Below, piece after piece: positions 17,001 through 26,569 of a stretch of 64,000 bases of DNA. Origin of the DNA: Klebsiella phage HMGUkp2. Position numbers and translations under genes: made by a program. The first letter of the stretch is position 1. Every line of letters starts with the position of its first letter. The stretch lies in sequence record PV683292.1, one strand, 5' to 3'. The notes under the pieces are model-generated. The model was not told the DNA's origin. It made no database searches and worked only from the letters and a program-made list of their open reading frames with translations.

Positions 17001-18507
17001 AGCCATGGCTATAAAGACCATTTTGAACACTAACCCCAGATTTAATAGCACCGCGCCAGAAAGTACCGCCGTATGCTTTCAAACGGGTCATCATATCTAC
17101 ATTAGAGGTAATGTTTTCGATTGATTTACCGCCATTACCACCTAAGCCATAAGCGCCATTTTCTAAAAGGTTACCAGTGCCTTCACCGACATCGCGAATA
17201 GCAGCAGTACCTAGGCCTAAGTTATTACGAGCAGCCGCAGAAGAAGTACCACCAGTACCGCCTCGGCTAATAGGCAGAATACCCTCAGTACCACCGTCAA
17301 TATTAGGCTTGTTAAATTCGTCATAGATACGAATAACTGTACTCTCAACTAAACCTTCTGGCGCAGTTGAAGAAGATGTGTAACCGTTAGGCAGATAATA
17401 TTCAGTATCACCAGCAATAGATAACAATGCAACTTTAACACTACCGATAAATGCGCGCTGCATAAACCACAGTTCTAAACCTTCGGAGGTAAGAACTAGA
17501 CTATAACGCAGTTGGTTGGTGTCTTCAAGTGCCGGATTACCGAGACGACGAATCTGTAGATGATTACGAATGTTACTGCTTGTTAATGAGGATGGAAAGT
17601 TTCTAGCACTACAATCGATAAAGTCAATAGAACTATAAGTACTACCGTAGTTACCGCCGTTAGACACCATTAATTGCAGGCGACTCTGGCCTGACCCAGG
17701 GTCTTTTAAAAGAGCAACTTTGATCCATCTAGTTTCTGTGCCTGTAGTTACAGGGAAATTATCCTGCTTAAGTTGGCGCTCGTTTTCTACATTAGTCAGA
17801 AGAGTGCCACCTTTACCAGGGCCTCTTCCGTTCATGGCGTAATAAACCTGGTAATTTCTGAACGTTAAATTGCTATCATTAGTTAATTGAAGAACACCCA
17901 CGCCTCGTTGGTTTTTAATATAGACGTCGTTAGAGCCTACACCCATTTCAAGGACAAGTGTGCTTCCATTGTTAATTTTAACAGTTTTATTAGTGGTTAA
18001 TCTTAAATCGCCAGGAAGAGTAGTATTACCTGAACCATCAAGTAAGACCAGTTTTCGGGCTTCAACGTTGCCCGCGCCGCGTTGTACGAATTGAATAGTT
18101 TCAGCACCATCGTCAATAGTACCAATTTCAAGAATACCACTGTTGCTTGTACCACCTGCACCGATATACCAACCATCGTTAGTTGCACATTTGCCAACGA
18201 TATGACGAGTTATTTCACCGCTTAAATCAGTAGTTTCAAAACTGATAGATTTATTCGGAGCAACAGTAACGTTGTCTTTTAATGTGGTAGTTCCATCAAC
18301 ATTGAGAGTACCGGAGGTATCTAAAAATGGAACGCCTTTACCGGCTAACTGTACTACTTTGTCATTTTCATCTTTAGTATAAATGGCAAGAGTACGCCCA
18401 TGGGTATTCAATGCTATTTCGCCACGGGCTACGATATCGGCACTAGGTGCTTTATTCTCTGTGCTAGTTCTTTTAAATTGTATTTGTTTTAAGTTCTGAT
18501 CGGCCAT
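14005..18507 (-). CDS. 37: long tail fibre distal subunit gp37 (1500 aa) with a C-terminal intramolecular-chaperone (peptidase S74-like) domain
   Basis: N-terminus MADQNLKQIQFKRTSTENKAPSADIVARGEIALN matches T4 gp37. The last 101 aa or so (SDRRAKSDIKVIENALEKVETLSGNTYEL…GLIAQEVQEVLPEAV…KELSAEVKGLKAEIEELKSK) match the self-cleaving IMC domain pattern. Confidence 0.85.
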   Translation of the reverse strand: MADQNLKQIQFKRTSTENKAPSADIVARGEIALNTHGRTLAIYTKDENDKVVQLAGKGVPFLDTSGTLNVDGTTTLKDNVTVAPNKSISFETTDLSGEITRHIVGKCATNDGWYIGAGGTSNSGILEIGTIDDGAETIQFVQRGAGNVEARKLVLLDGSGNTTLPGDLRLTTNKTVKINNGSTLVLEMGVGSNDVYIKNQRGVGVLQLTNDSNLTFRNYQVYYAMNGRGPGKGGTLLTNVENERQLKQDNFPVTTGTETRWIKVALLKDPGSGQSRLQLMVSNGGNYGSTYSSIDFIDCSARNFPSSLTSSNIRNHLQIRRLGNPALEDTNQLRYSLVLTSEGLELWFMQRAFIGSVKVALLSIAGDTEYYLPNGYTSSSTAPEGLVESTVIRIYDEFNKPNIDGGTEGILPISRGGTGGTSSAAARNNLGLGTAAIRDVGEGTGNLLENGAYGLGGNGGKSIENITSNVDMMTRLKAYGGTFWRGAIKSGVSVQNGLYSHGSGIFMNAGDTMSAINIDYASAKVRVYAINNTGLAAGNVNYNELYGTANKPSKADVGLGNLTNDTQVKKAGDTMTGDLTVPNLHASGTGTASVYVNAGTGNAHVWFRTDGNERGVIWATPNTADLGQINIRAKTTGGTSAGDFSFRSDGRLDVPVAVKIGGAAMLTKDGNITSGSMFGGNLNNYLTSIKNDIVAGDNKQVSKTGDTMTGNLTINANLKVENPNGTMADFGSENSDKYSRITLARKVGSGAAVAMLKITPEGYVQFGYQDAVATPSPSKYIRVKPDGLDVEGDLVFNQTYRGTEEAVDISDKTIDLNDLVIKRTDPGTRQLYKCVSSGGGSKIANKPISDGNFVLEVLSLRKVSDNDWTCKQTFTTKNNTTVGTYVRYAQNGSWTAWEEVVSGVQPINLGGTGATSVAAARNNLGVGEGQTATFGGLNVNGIGTNDPYITFKNGARIREGQGGGIGALILSASSSTDSKYLALRPYGDTSGVDIKVKANGSSEALLEWSYGPGIRSNSTGAFVVYAKAGQALHLRPNGDTASQATVIDQNGKMTVGGEFEAQNSKITGNLNVSEDNRMIVLGKNSDIGLVKKNGMPGKMAIGKSNSFTVMVSTNTNNQINPADTFNDIFKVDADGNQTVYGNSTISRALTVSSVINANGGIIVPTTKYVQIADAPTQNNQATNKKYVDDKVASAISNAGDTYLPLAGGTVTGRLTITGDQLKTTSLWTTGDAAVNGVLTVDGKARFNQEFSVSTSVNVQNTGNSHVFFRKADGTEKGLLWVDEPGSVNIRAGGASGPTWNFWNSGSCQFPGAISNFNGISSTTNYPAGQPNGTYSNTAGLVTRFSNGAYASLYFQEYVGNYHQAILNVNGFGRDDNFYFRSGGDFFCTRNGSFDNVEIRSDRRAKSDIKVIENALEKVETLSGNTYELHNTSGGTTRSAGLIAQEVQEVLPEAVTQDNEEDGGMLRLNYNSVIALLVESVKELSAEVKGLKAEIEELKSK

Positions 18508-18516
18508 GGCTACCTC

Positions 18517-19194
18517 TTAATATGTGCCAAAATCTATTGTTACTCCGCGCGAAATAACCTGATCTAATCTAGGAGCATATTCACCGGATGTCGCTTTATT
18601 TACTATAACTACACCGGCTTCAGCTCTAAGTACACCAGTCATAGTATCACCAGATTTCAAAACCCGGCTGTTTGCATTAGTAGTAACAGTATTTATTCGC
18701 CCATCAACATAATCTTTACGAGTTAAATGCTGAGCGGCTGTAGGAGCATTATTAGAACTAAGAATAGAAGCTGTTATACTTCCTTTGTTTATTTGATCCC
18801 CAGTTCTAGCGTTCCAAACTACTGTCCGTTCTTTATTATCTAGTGAAGTACGAATACCGACGCCGTACCATGAAACAATGTCAATGTTCGCTGTTGTTAG
18901 AGATGCCGAGTCTCCATTACCAGAATAAAGCCCGTTTAAACTATTACCGCCACTAAAAGTAGCAGAAATCTTAATACCTTCTTTAAATTCTACTTCTTTT
19001 TGGAAACCTTGAGAACCTGTGCCACCGTTAGCTTTTGACACGAAGTCGTTATCCACTGCTTTAGGTTTATCATTAGTCGTGTAAACCGTATAACCACGAT
19101 AAGTCAAAGAGTTTCCAACTGGGACCAATGGCATAGTACCTTGATGCCAAATTGGTAAACCTCCGACTGTAGAACCTGCTTTTAAATCAGCCAT
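18517..19194 (-). CDS. 36: long tail fibre distal connector gp36
   Basis: 225 aa, sized and placed like T4 gp36 (221 aa). Preceded on the minus strand by a TATAAATA late promoter. Confidence 0.75.
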   Translation of the reverse strand: MADLKAGSTVGGLPIWHQGTMPLVPVGNSLTYRGYTVYTTNDKPKAVDNDFVSKANGGTGSQGFQKEVEFKEGIKISATFSGGNSLNGLYSGNGDSASLTTANIDIVSWYGVGIRTSLDNKERTVVWNARTGDQINKGSITASILSSNNAPTAAQHLTRKDYVDGRINTVTTNANSRVLKSGDTMTGVLRAEAGVVIVNKATSGEYAPRLDQVISRGVTIDFGTY

Positions 19195-19218
19195 TTTCGT
19201 CCCCTTATAATATGAACG

Positions 19219-19226
19219 TATTTATA
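19219..19226 (-). promoter_or_regulatory. late promoter (TATAAATA) for gene 36/37
   Basis: The exact late consensus lies on the minus strand about 25 nt upstream of the gp36 ATG. Confidence 0.65.
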
Positions 19227-19228
19227 CG

Positions 19229-19250
19229 AAAAAAGGAGCCCGAAGGCTCC
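19229..19250 (-). terminator. rho-independent terminator after gene 35 (minus strand)
   Basis: On the minus strand GGAGCC-UUCG-GGCUCC is followed by UUUUUU, immediately 3' of the gp35 stop. Confidence 0.75.
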
Positions 19251-20384
19251 TTATTGTGATTCCCTGAATTCTTTAGCAGTACGATTACCACTACTATCAA
19301 CTTTAGTATTAGGCAATTCAAACATAACAGCCGCAGGAGTTAAAGAACCTTCTGTAGCTTTATTCATTCGAATACCGTTAACACCAAATTCAGCTTGAGT
19401 GGCCGATTGTTCAGGAGCTGGTTCTACAATTTGAACCATCATGACATTTTGAACTGCACTTTCAGCAACAACTGATGTTCTAGGGTACCTAGAAACTACA
19501 GCAGTGAAACCATCTGCACCGGATGGGATTCTTAAGTCCTTTTCAAATCGGACCCATTTATCAGCAGAAGCAGCAGGAACTTCCATAGTAAATGAATCTA
19601 ACATAGTTGTTCCGTTGAACCATCTTACAGACATCCTTGTGGTGCAGTTAGCAGATATTAAGGCCTGTGAAGCAAAAAGATCGACGGTAAATCTAACCCA
19701 CAGGTTTTGCTGAAGGCCATAATCGGCTAGTTTAGAAATAACCACATCTTGTTGAGGGTACCGTTTGTATTCGTACCCTGTTGTATCACTAAATGTCTCG
19801 TTATTTTCATAAGCCCTTTGAGGGATACCGCATAGCCCTACAGTGCCTACGTTATCATAAACCGCCGCCAGTTTTGCTCTAGAGTCCTCTTTAACAATGC
19901 CGTCATTTCCAGTGAAAGCCTCATACAAAATTAATCCTTTGCCTGCAGCAAATATGGCGCAATAGGCGCTATTAGGATATAATTCAGTATAATGTTGTTC
20001 AGGCCAAACAACTGATTTCTTTGATTTAAACCAGGAGGTGACAGAAGGAGAAGTTAAACATCTCTGATTAGTCATTATTGCATATAGACCTGAGGTCTTA
20101 CTATTCATGTACTCGACGAATGCGGCGTTAGCCGCAGATTCACCGTTTGTTAAATCAATAGTTTTAGGAGTACTATCAGCAAAAGAAGTATTAATCTGCC
20201 AGATGTTGATGCCCCGTCCTGGGGCACCTCCGGTATCAACTTGATTAATTTTGAGCACATGCGTATTAGGAACAGCATTAGCATGTGTGGCTATAAGTTC
20301 TATCCAATATCTCACTTGGTTAGATTCTGACAAGATGTTAGTCTCGACAAAATCTTCACCAAATGCAGCCATTAAATTACTCAT
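19251..20384 (-). CDS. 35: long tail fibre hinge (knee) protein gp35
   Basis: 377 aa (T4 gp35 is 372 aa). Stop/start overlap TAATGA with gene 34, and synteny. Confidence 0.75.
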   Translation of the reverse strand: MSNLMAAFGEDFVETNILSESNQVRYWIELIATHANAVPNTHVLKINQVDTGGAPGRGINIWQINTSFADSTPKTIDLTNGESAANAAFVEYMNSKTSGLYAIMTNQRCLTSPSVTSWFKSKKSVVWPEQHYTELYPNSAYCAIFAAGKGLILYEAFTGNDGIVKEDSRAKLAAVYDNVGTVGLCGIPQRAYENNETFSDTTGYEYKRYPQQDVVISKLADYGLQQNLWVRFTVDLFASQALISANCTTRMSVRWFNGTTMLDSFTMEVPAASADKWVRFEKDLRIPSGADGFTAVVSRYPRTSVVAESAVQNVMMVQIVEPAPEQSATQAEFGVNGIRMNKATEGSLTPAAVMFELPNTKVDSSGNRTAKEFRESQ

Positions 20385-23300
20385 TAATCACCTACCCATT
20401 CAAACTTAACGGTCTGAGAAGTACGATCAGGATAAATCTTGACAGGGCCAATCTTAATCCATTCTTGAACTTCCAAGGTTTTAACAGAAGTACTTACTGA
20501 ACTCGGAGCACCGATATCTGCAGCCGTAGGAGGAGTGGCACTAGTAAATACGCGCATCCATTCATCAAACTTGCCTTTAAGTGGATTATAAACCCTAGTC
20601 CACATTGTGTGGGCATAGTTTTTCTCTGAATTTTCACCAGCTTTAGGGTAAGGAGTCCAAGTCTGATAGGTGTATCCAGAAGAAACGCTAAATTGGGCAA
20701 GTAAACCGCCACCTGCAGTTTTTTCTTCATAGCCGGTTACAATCATAGAACCAGGAATTAAAGGATTTTCTTCTCTGACAGGCACCATATAACCACGAAG
20801 CGAAGCTAGCTTAGAAGCATTTTTAATTTCTACTGTCCAAGAACCCGGCTGCATGTATTTTTCGGTATCAGCAGAGGTATCATTTTTATACCAATTTTCA
20901 GAACCGTTAACAACAACAGATGCGTTGTTTATTGTTAACGAACCTGTCATGGTATCGCCACCTTTTTTAACATACCTGGTATCTAAAATGGTGTCCTTAT
21001 TTTTAGTGGTTAAAATAACATAATTTCCGGAGTTGTCGGTAACTTGTGTTTGGCTAGCATCGTTTGTTAAGATTCTTCCTTTCTTAGCAAGATTACCAAA
21101 AGATGCTACACTATCAGAATCCTGGAGTTGGATTACTGAAGCATTTTTAACACGGTATACGGTGTTTGAGTTAACATCTGAAGCAGAATGAATTGTCCCG
21201 TTAGAGGTTATTTTATCAGGTGCAACAAACTCACCATTATTACCAAAAGAAAATTCTTTACCTGTATCAGGGGCTGAACCTTTAACACGTAGCGTAAGCT
21301 GCTGAGAATTTCCTGCAGCTACCGGTCTAGCGTAAATTATTCCACGTTCATTTCCATCTGAGTTTAAAAATCTGACGTGAGAATTGGATGTAGACGAAGT
21401 AGCAAATACCTTAACCTCACCACCGGTAAAATTACCAAGGCCCTTAACATTGACGTCTGAATTAAAGTCTGTAGATTTGGTAAGAGTCAATTTACCATTA
21501 ACGGTTTGATCTATGTCACGTCTAATAAATTGGTCTGAAGTAAGGCCATTTAATAAACCAGAGTTATCAGCTTTAGCATTCAAAGGAAGATAGTTAGCTA
21601 ATGCCTGTTTAAGCCCATTAGGTGAAACCGCATATCCGTTAGATTCTTTTGGTGTATTATCAGAACCTGTAGTACTGTTACCGGTCCAAGCAACAGCGCC
21701 ATTAGCCACACGGACTGTACCGCGAACGTTATCTTGTGCACGCCAATCGGCTGAAGTCTGAATAACATACTTCAAGTGGATCGGAGAAACGGCTACATCG
21801 TTAGCAGTGCCGGCGTTAGTATCGGCTTGGGTTGCATATTTAACAATACCATATGCGGATTCAGTACCTTTTTTAGCTTGAAGCTTTTTAGAGGTCAGAT
21901 AGTCAACATCGTCTGTACCAGCATTAACAAGTGCCTGTGTTGCAATCTTAGGAGTACCACGCTGCGTTTCTGTTGGAACCTGGATATTAAGGGCCCATCC
22001 GTCCCACAAGTTTCCGGATTGGGCCAGCCCAGCTTCAGGTCTTGTCGTCATACGAGCAGCGCGAGAAAAATAATCTTTAATTTTTTTAGGGTTCACTGCA
22101 ACGTTTTCTAAAGACCCACCATCAAATTCTTCCTGAATAGCATAACGGGTAATACCAGTTTGGGTATAACTTGCCGTCCGTCCGTTTAATGTTGCTGGAG
22201 TAATAGCTGCATCACCTAAAGCATTAGACATTGCATTGGCTTCAGGTTGAGTAGCGATACGGATTAAACCAATATCTTTTGTAGTAGAAGTTTTAGCATG
22301 TAATGTTGCCGGCGTAACAACAGTCGGAATATTATTAGACGCTGGAGTACCATTACGAACTTCTGCTTCGGTAGCAAGCCACACGCATCCGGAGGCAAGT
22401 TCCGTAGCTTTATATTCGCGTAAAGTTTTAGGAGTTACCGCCTTAGAGAAATCAGTGTGGTCGTATACGCCAGTACCATTAGAAGTACCAGGGTCTGATC
22501 GGCTTGTTCCCGGTGTGCCGCCTGTATTAACCAGCTGGATAATTCCGTCTAGCGTAGCAGTAGCTTTACGCCCGTTTAATTTTTTAGGAGTAACGATCCT
22601 GTCATCTACCGTAGAACCGTTTGTTTCATCTTGAGTAGCAATTTCAGCAACGCCACGCATAGTTTCTGTAGCTAAACGATCATTCAATTTTTTAGCCGTA
22701 ATAATGCGGGTATCATCTGTTGTTGAATTAGCTTCAGCTTGAGTAGCAATTTCAGCAATACCGGTACGAGACTCTGTAGCAGTACGCTGGGCTAAAGTTA
22801 ACGGAGTAATAGCTCTGTCATCATTGTGCCCACTGGTTGCTTGAGCCTGTGCGGTAGTTGCTAACGCAATAACACCTACACGAGCTTTAGTCGTATCGTT
22901 GGTAGAATCAACCCTCTCTACGGTAGGGATATTTTCCGAAACGATCCAGTAGTTATTAGGAGTAGCTTCAACATAGGCCAACTCTAGGACCGGAGGATAG
23001 TCCGAAGTTCCATTGAATGATAAACTATCAACTTGGGTCCAAGCGGCCTCAGGCGGATACTCAGAGCGTTTAGGGAACTGAAGTAGGCCAACTGTGGATG
23101 CAATCCTATCTTTAGTACCGCCAGCCGGAGCAGGAGGAGTAATAATGTTGACTGTTTGTCCTTTGCGCATATAGTTCATGCCAATTCTAACGGTATCACC
23201 AGGAGCAACTTGAGTAGGCAAAGTAACAGTAATAGTTTTAACAGTCGAGTTATTAGCACCAAATATAGCAATAGCTTCGTTAGGTTGCATCACTACATCA

Positions 23301-24262
23301 TCAGTAACGATTTTTACACGTTGCTGCATGTCTATAGAGTTGATGCGCCACACCTTACGAGGGCCATCATAAATCAGAACACCGCCACCTTTAATCTTAG
23401 AGGTCCAAGACGTGGCCCCTTCTGTTCCAATAGAACTATTTGCATCATAAGTCTTAATAGTAAAATGGTATAATGGTGTTTCGCCTTCCGGTTCAGAAAA
23501 GGTAATCATATCTCCATGGTTAGCATACCGCGGAAGACGAACCGTTAATTTTTTATTAGAAGTGTAATAAAGTACAATGTACTCTGAACTTTGTACCTGA
23601 GCACCCACATTAGTAGCAGCATCTAGTGTGGTAGAATCAATAGTACGGGCCAAAGAACTCAGATCAGAAAGTGTTACATACCAACCTGCGGATGTAAACG
23701 TCAGCAGCAACATGCTATAAGGACGAGTCAGCATCAGTTCACGAAGAATGCTGCCCTGGAAAATCATAGCAGGCGCAGAGTCCTGTACTTTAATTAATGC
23801 CTGGTTGATACCGGGTTTACCACCGATGTCACGAATAACAATCGTATCACCTTGTTCTACTTTATTTTTAGGAAGAACTAGTGTAACCGGATTAACTCGG
23901 GTATCGATGTTTGCATAGGTCCCTGGTAAAAGTTCTGTGGTTCCTGAACTATACTGTTCCCACTTCGGGTCTACACGCATGGAGATCCAATCACCTTGTC
24001 TAAAGGTATTTACTGCTGGTGGGATCGGGGCTGGGATATCTGTACGTGCCACCCAGATACGTTTTTCCATAGTAACCGCAAAGCCTTCAGGATACCCGCG
24101 GTCGTTAGCCCAAGGCTGGATGGTGTTTTCTTGGATAAGATACTCAACGTTGACCCCATCGCTCATTACAGTACGATCGGCTTTAGCGACGTTGATTACT
24201 TTGTTTCCACCAGCATCAAGCCCGTTGGTTGCTCTAAAATGCTGTTTGATTAAGTCGCTCAT
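20384..24262 (-). CDS. 34: long tail fibre proximal subunit gp34
   Basis: 1292 aa (T4 gp34 is 1289 aa). First gene of the minus-strand fibre cluster, preceded by a TATAAATA late promoter. Confidence 0.85.
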   Translation of the reverse strand: MSDLIKQHFRATNGLDAGGNKVINVAKADRTVMSDGVNVEYLIQENTIQPWANDRGYPEGFAVTMEKRIWVARTDIPAPIPPAVNTFRQGDWISMRVDPKWEQYSSGTTELLPGTYANIDTRVNPVTLVLPKNKVEQGDTIVIRDIGGKPGINQALIKVQDSAPAMIFQGSILRELMLTRPYSMLLLTFTSAGWYVTLSDLSSLARTIDSTTLDAATNVGAQVQSSEYIVLYYTSNKKLTVRLPRYANHGDMITFSEPEGETPLYHFTIKTYDANSSIGTEGATSWTSKIKGGGVLIYDGPRKVWRINSIDMQQRVKIVTDDVVMQPNEAIAIFGANNSTVKTITVTLPTQVAPGDTVRIGMNYMRKGQTVNIITPPAPAGGTKDRIASTVGLLQFPKRSEYPPEAAWTQVDSLSFNGTSDYPPVLELAYVEATPNNYWIVSENIPTVERVDSTNDTTKARVGVIALATTAQAQATSGHNDDRAITPLTLAQRTATESRTGIAEIATQAEANSTTDDTRIITAKKLNDRLATETMRGVAEIATQDETNGSTVDDRIVTPKKLNGRKATATLDGIIQLVNTGGTPGTSRSDPGTSNGTGVYDHTDFSKAVTPKTLREYKATELASGCVWLATEAEVRNGTPASNNIPTVVTPATLHAKTSTTKDIGLIRIATQPEANAMSNALGDAAITPATLNGRTASYTQTGITRYAIQEEFDGGSLENVAVNPKKIKDYFSRAARMTTRPEAGLAQSGNLWDGWALNIQVPTETQRGTPKIATQALVNAGTDDVDYLTSKKLQAKKGTESAYGIVKYATQADTNAGTANDVAVSPIHLKYVIQTSADWRAQDNVRGTVRVANGAVAWTGNSTTGSDNTPKESNGYAVSPNGLKQALANYLPLNAKADNSGLLNGLTSDQFIRRDIDQTVNGKLTLTKSTDFNSDVNVKGLGNFTGGEVKVFATSSTSNSHVRFLNSDGNERGIIYARPVAAGNSQQLTLRVKGSAPDTGKEFSFGNNGEFVAPDKITSNGTIHSASDVNSNTVYRVKNASVIQLQDSDSVASFGNLAKKGRILTNDASQTQVTDNSGNYVILTTKNKDTILDTRYVKKGGDTMTGSLTINNASVVVNGSENWYKNDTSADTEKYMQPGSWTVEIKNASKLASLRGYMVPVREENPLIPGSMIVTGYEEKTAGGGLLAQFSVSSGYTYQTWTPYPKAGENSEKNYAHTMWTRVYNPLKGKFDEWMRVFTSATPPTAADIGAPSSVSTSVKTLEVQEWIKIGPVKIYPDRTSQTVKFEWVGD

Positions 24263-24304
24263 TTTTATTCCTTATGGTATTAGAAATATGCTTTATTATA
24301 GGAG

Positions 24305-24312
24305 TATTTATA
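24305..24312 (-). promoter_or_regulatory. late promoter (TATAAATA) for gene 34
   Basis: Exact consensus on the minus strand 43 nt upstream of the gp34 ATG, in the 34/rnh divergent intergenic region. Confidence 0.6.
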
Positions 24313-24347
24313 ATGATTCTGTCCATTACTACTGAATAGGTTATTCA

Positions 24348-25289
24348 ATGTCTCTAAATTTTATGTTCGGTGAAGAAGAAAAGAAAGAAGGCGTAACTCT
24401 TATTGACTTCAGTCAAATTATTATGGCGGCAGCCTTCACCGAGTTCGGTGAAAAAGCAGGGTTTCCTAAAATTTCTGAAGCTATGCTGCGTCATCTCGTA
24501 TTGAACAGTATGCGTAAGAACATCAAGCAGTTTAAAAAAGAAGGGTACACCCGCCAGATTATCTGTGTAGATAATTCTAAATCAGGCTACTGGCGTCGTG
24601 ACGCTAGTCACTATTATAAGAAAAACCGTTCTAAAGACCGTGAAGAATCTCCATTCGATTGGGAAGGTTTATTCACGTCGATGCATAAAATCATCGAAGA
24701 ACTTGAGAACTATATGCCTTATATTGTTATGAATATTGATAAGGTGGAAGCTGACGACCATATCGCTGTATTAACAAAGTTTTTAGCCACCCAAGGTATT
24801 CCGGTCCAAATCGTTTCATCTGATAGTGACTTTACCCAACTTCACAAATACCCAAATGTGAAGCAGTGGTCTCCGATGCAGAAAAAATACGTTAAAACTA
24901 AATCCGGTGATGCATTACTTGACTGCGTAACTAAAGTAGTTAAAGGTGACCGTAAAGATAACGTTGCTTCTATTAAAGTTCGCGGTAACTACTGGCTTAC
25001 TATGGTTGAAGGTGAACGTACTCCTCCAACTAAAGCATCTGAAATTGAACAGATCGCAATGAATTATTATGACCCAGTTAAATTACAAGAACTTCTTACT
25101 GCCGAGCAGTACGAACGTTTTAAAGAAAACCAGGTCTTAATCGATATGGATTTCATTCGTGATGATATTGTTGCTTCAATCATGGAACGGTATAATAACT
25201 ACGTAATCCCGGCTAAAGGTAAGATCTATACTTACTTTGTTAAGAATGGCCTGTCTAAGTTAACCAATAACATTGCTGAATTTTATTAA
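24348..25289 (+). CDS. rnh: RNase H (5'-3' exonuclease / flap endonuclease)
   Basis: 313 aa. N-terminus …EGVTLIDFSQIIMAA… resembles T4 RNase H, placed next to the gene 34 start. Confidence 0.85.
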   Translation: MSLNFMFGEEEKKEGVTLIDFSQIIMAAAFTEFGEKAGFPKISEAMLRHLVLNSMRKNIKQFKKEGYTRQIICVDNSKSGYWRRDASHYYKKNRSKDREESPFDWEGLFTSMHKIIEELENYMPYIVMNIDKVEADDHIAVLTKFLATQGIPVQIVSSDSDFTQLHKYPNVKQWSPMQKKYVKTKSGDALLDCVTKVVKGDRKDNVASIKVRGNYWLTMVEGERTPPTKASEIEQIAMNYYDPVKLQELLTAEQYERFKENQVLIDMDFIRDDIVASIMERYNNYVIPAKGKIYTYFVKNGLSKLTNNIAEFY

Positions 25290-25299
25290 GGTGAATATA

Positions 25300-25569
25300 A
25301 TGGCTAAACAGAAAAAAGAAAAAGTTGAATTTGATGAAGCCCAACACGGCGAAACTTTAAAAAACCTAATTAAAGCCGCCAGCGATGCTAAACTAAAGGC
25401 TGAAGGTTATATGGACGAAGTTGCAAGCAATCGGGCTGAAGCAAAAGCTATTGGTGTCGAGGCAAAATTGTTTAACCAGCTTCTGACCATATATCATAAA
25501 GGCACCCGTGAACGATTTGCAACAGAAAAAGATGAAGTGGTAGAAACCTATGACAGGCTCTTTGATTAA
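25300..25569 (+). CDS. dsbA: dsDNA-binding protein DsbA (late transcription enhancer)
   Basis: MAKQKKEKVEFDEAQHGE… resembles T4 DsbA (89 aa). ATG 25300 was chosen; the track's 25273 start is a TTG. Confidence 0.8.
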   Translation: MAKQKKEKVEFDEAQHGETLKNLIKAASDAKLKAEGYMDEVASNRAEAKAIGVEAKLFNQLLTIYHKGTRERFATEKDEVVETYDRLFD

Positions 25570-25840
25570 TAACGATGAAAAGATCGATGATCTGAGTTCA
25601 CTTCTTGACAAGCAAGCAAATGGCTTCGCTATTGAAGCCATAGTTGCCGAAGGTGAACTAGGTTATCTCCAGGCTACTTCACAGTGGTTAGAAGAAAACA
25701 GTATTCCTGAAGGAAATTTCAACAGATTTATCCCTTCTACAATAATTGAAAAAATTAAGGCTGAAGCAGTTAACGAATATATGCTTCGACCGTCTATGAG
25801 TAAAACACAGAAAACAAATACGCTGGATTTCTTATTATGA
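25550..25840 (+). CDS. 33: late transcription co-activator gp33
   Basis: 96-aa acidic protein between dsbA and 59, as in T4. Confidence 0.7.
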   Translation: MTGSLINNDEKIDDLSSLLDKQANGFAIEAIVAEGELGYLQATSQWLEENSIPEGNFNRFIPSTIIEKIKAEAVNEYMLRPSMSKTQKTNTLDFLL

Positions 25841-26490
25841 TTCGTCTCCGCATGCCTCCAAATAACGCTCGTTATGTTAACGGTAAAAGTGTTTATTTAT
25901 TGTACTTAATGCTTAAAAATCACTTCGCTGGACGATATGATGTTATCAAGTACAACTGGGTTATGCGGGTGTCTGATAAAGCTTATCAAAAACGTCGTGA
26001 CAAATATTTCTTTGAAAAGCTCGCAGAGAAACACACGCTTAAAGAGCTTACATTAATTTTCATGAGTAACTTGGTTGCTAACCAAGATGCCTGGATCGGC
26101 GACATCAGTGATGCTGACGCCCTCGTCTTTTACCGTGAGTATATCGGTAAACTTAAGATGATTAAAAATACGTTCGAAGATGATGTAAAGAACATTTACT
26201 ATTTCGCTAAGAAAGTTGAAGTTAACGCGCTTTCTGAAATCTTTGAGTATAATGAAAAGGTACAAACGAGCTATATCTTTAAGCTCCTTCAGTCGAATGT
26301 TATTTCATTCGAGACTTTTATTATGCTTGATTCGTTTCTCAACATCATTGATAAGCATGACTCGGCGACTAATAACTTAGTTTGGGAAACATATTCTACT
26401 AAGCTCAAAGCTTATAGAAAATTGCTTGAAGTCGATGGTAAAGATGCTAAAAAGCTCTTTATTGATGCTATAAATAAATGTAAGATATAA
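25837..26490 (+). CDS. 59: helicase loader gp59
   Basis: 217 aa, near-identical over long stretches to T4 gp59 (…KYDVIKYNW…MRVSD…YQKRRDKYFF…ANQDAWIGDISDADALVFYREYIG…). Confidence 0.92.
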   Translation: MIRLRMPPNNARYVNGKSVYLLYLMLKNHFAGRYDVIKYNWVMRVSDKAYQKRRDKYFFEKLAEKHTLKELTLIFMSNLVANQDAWIGDISDADALVFYREYIGKLKMIKNTFEDDVKNIYYFAKKVEVNALSEIFEYNEKVQTSYIFKLLQSNVISFETFIMLDSFLNIIDKHDSATNNLVWETYSTKLKAYRKLLEVDGKDAKKLFIDAINKCKI

Positions 26491-26569
26491 TAAGTCTTGT
26501 CCAGGTGCAAGGACCCACGTTGCATCACCAATAGTAAATAACTGTTAAATTAAATAAAAGGTATATTAA
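26491..26569 (+). promoter_or_regulatory. gene 32 5' leader / autogenous translational operator (AT-rich unstructured tract)
   Basis: A GC-containing segment with a small hairpin (CTTGTCC…GGAC) is followed by TTAAATTAAATAAAAGGTATATTAAATG, the pattern of the T4 gene 32 operator. Confidence 0.5.
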
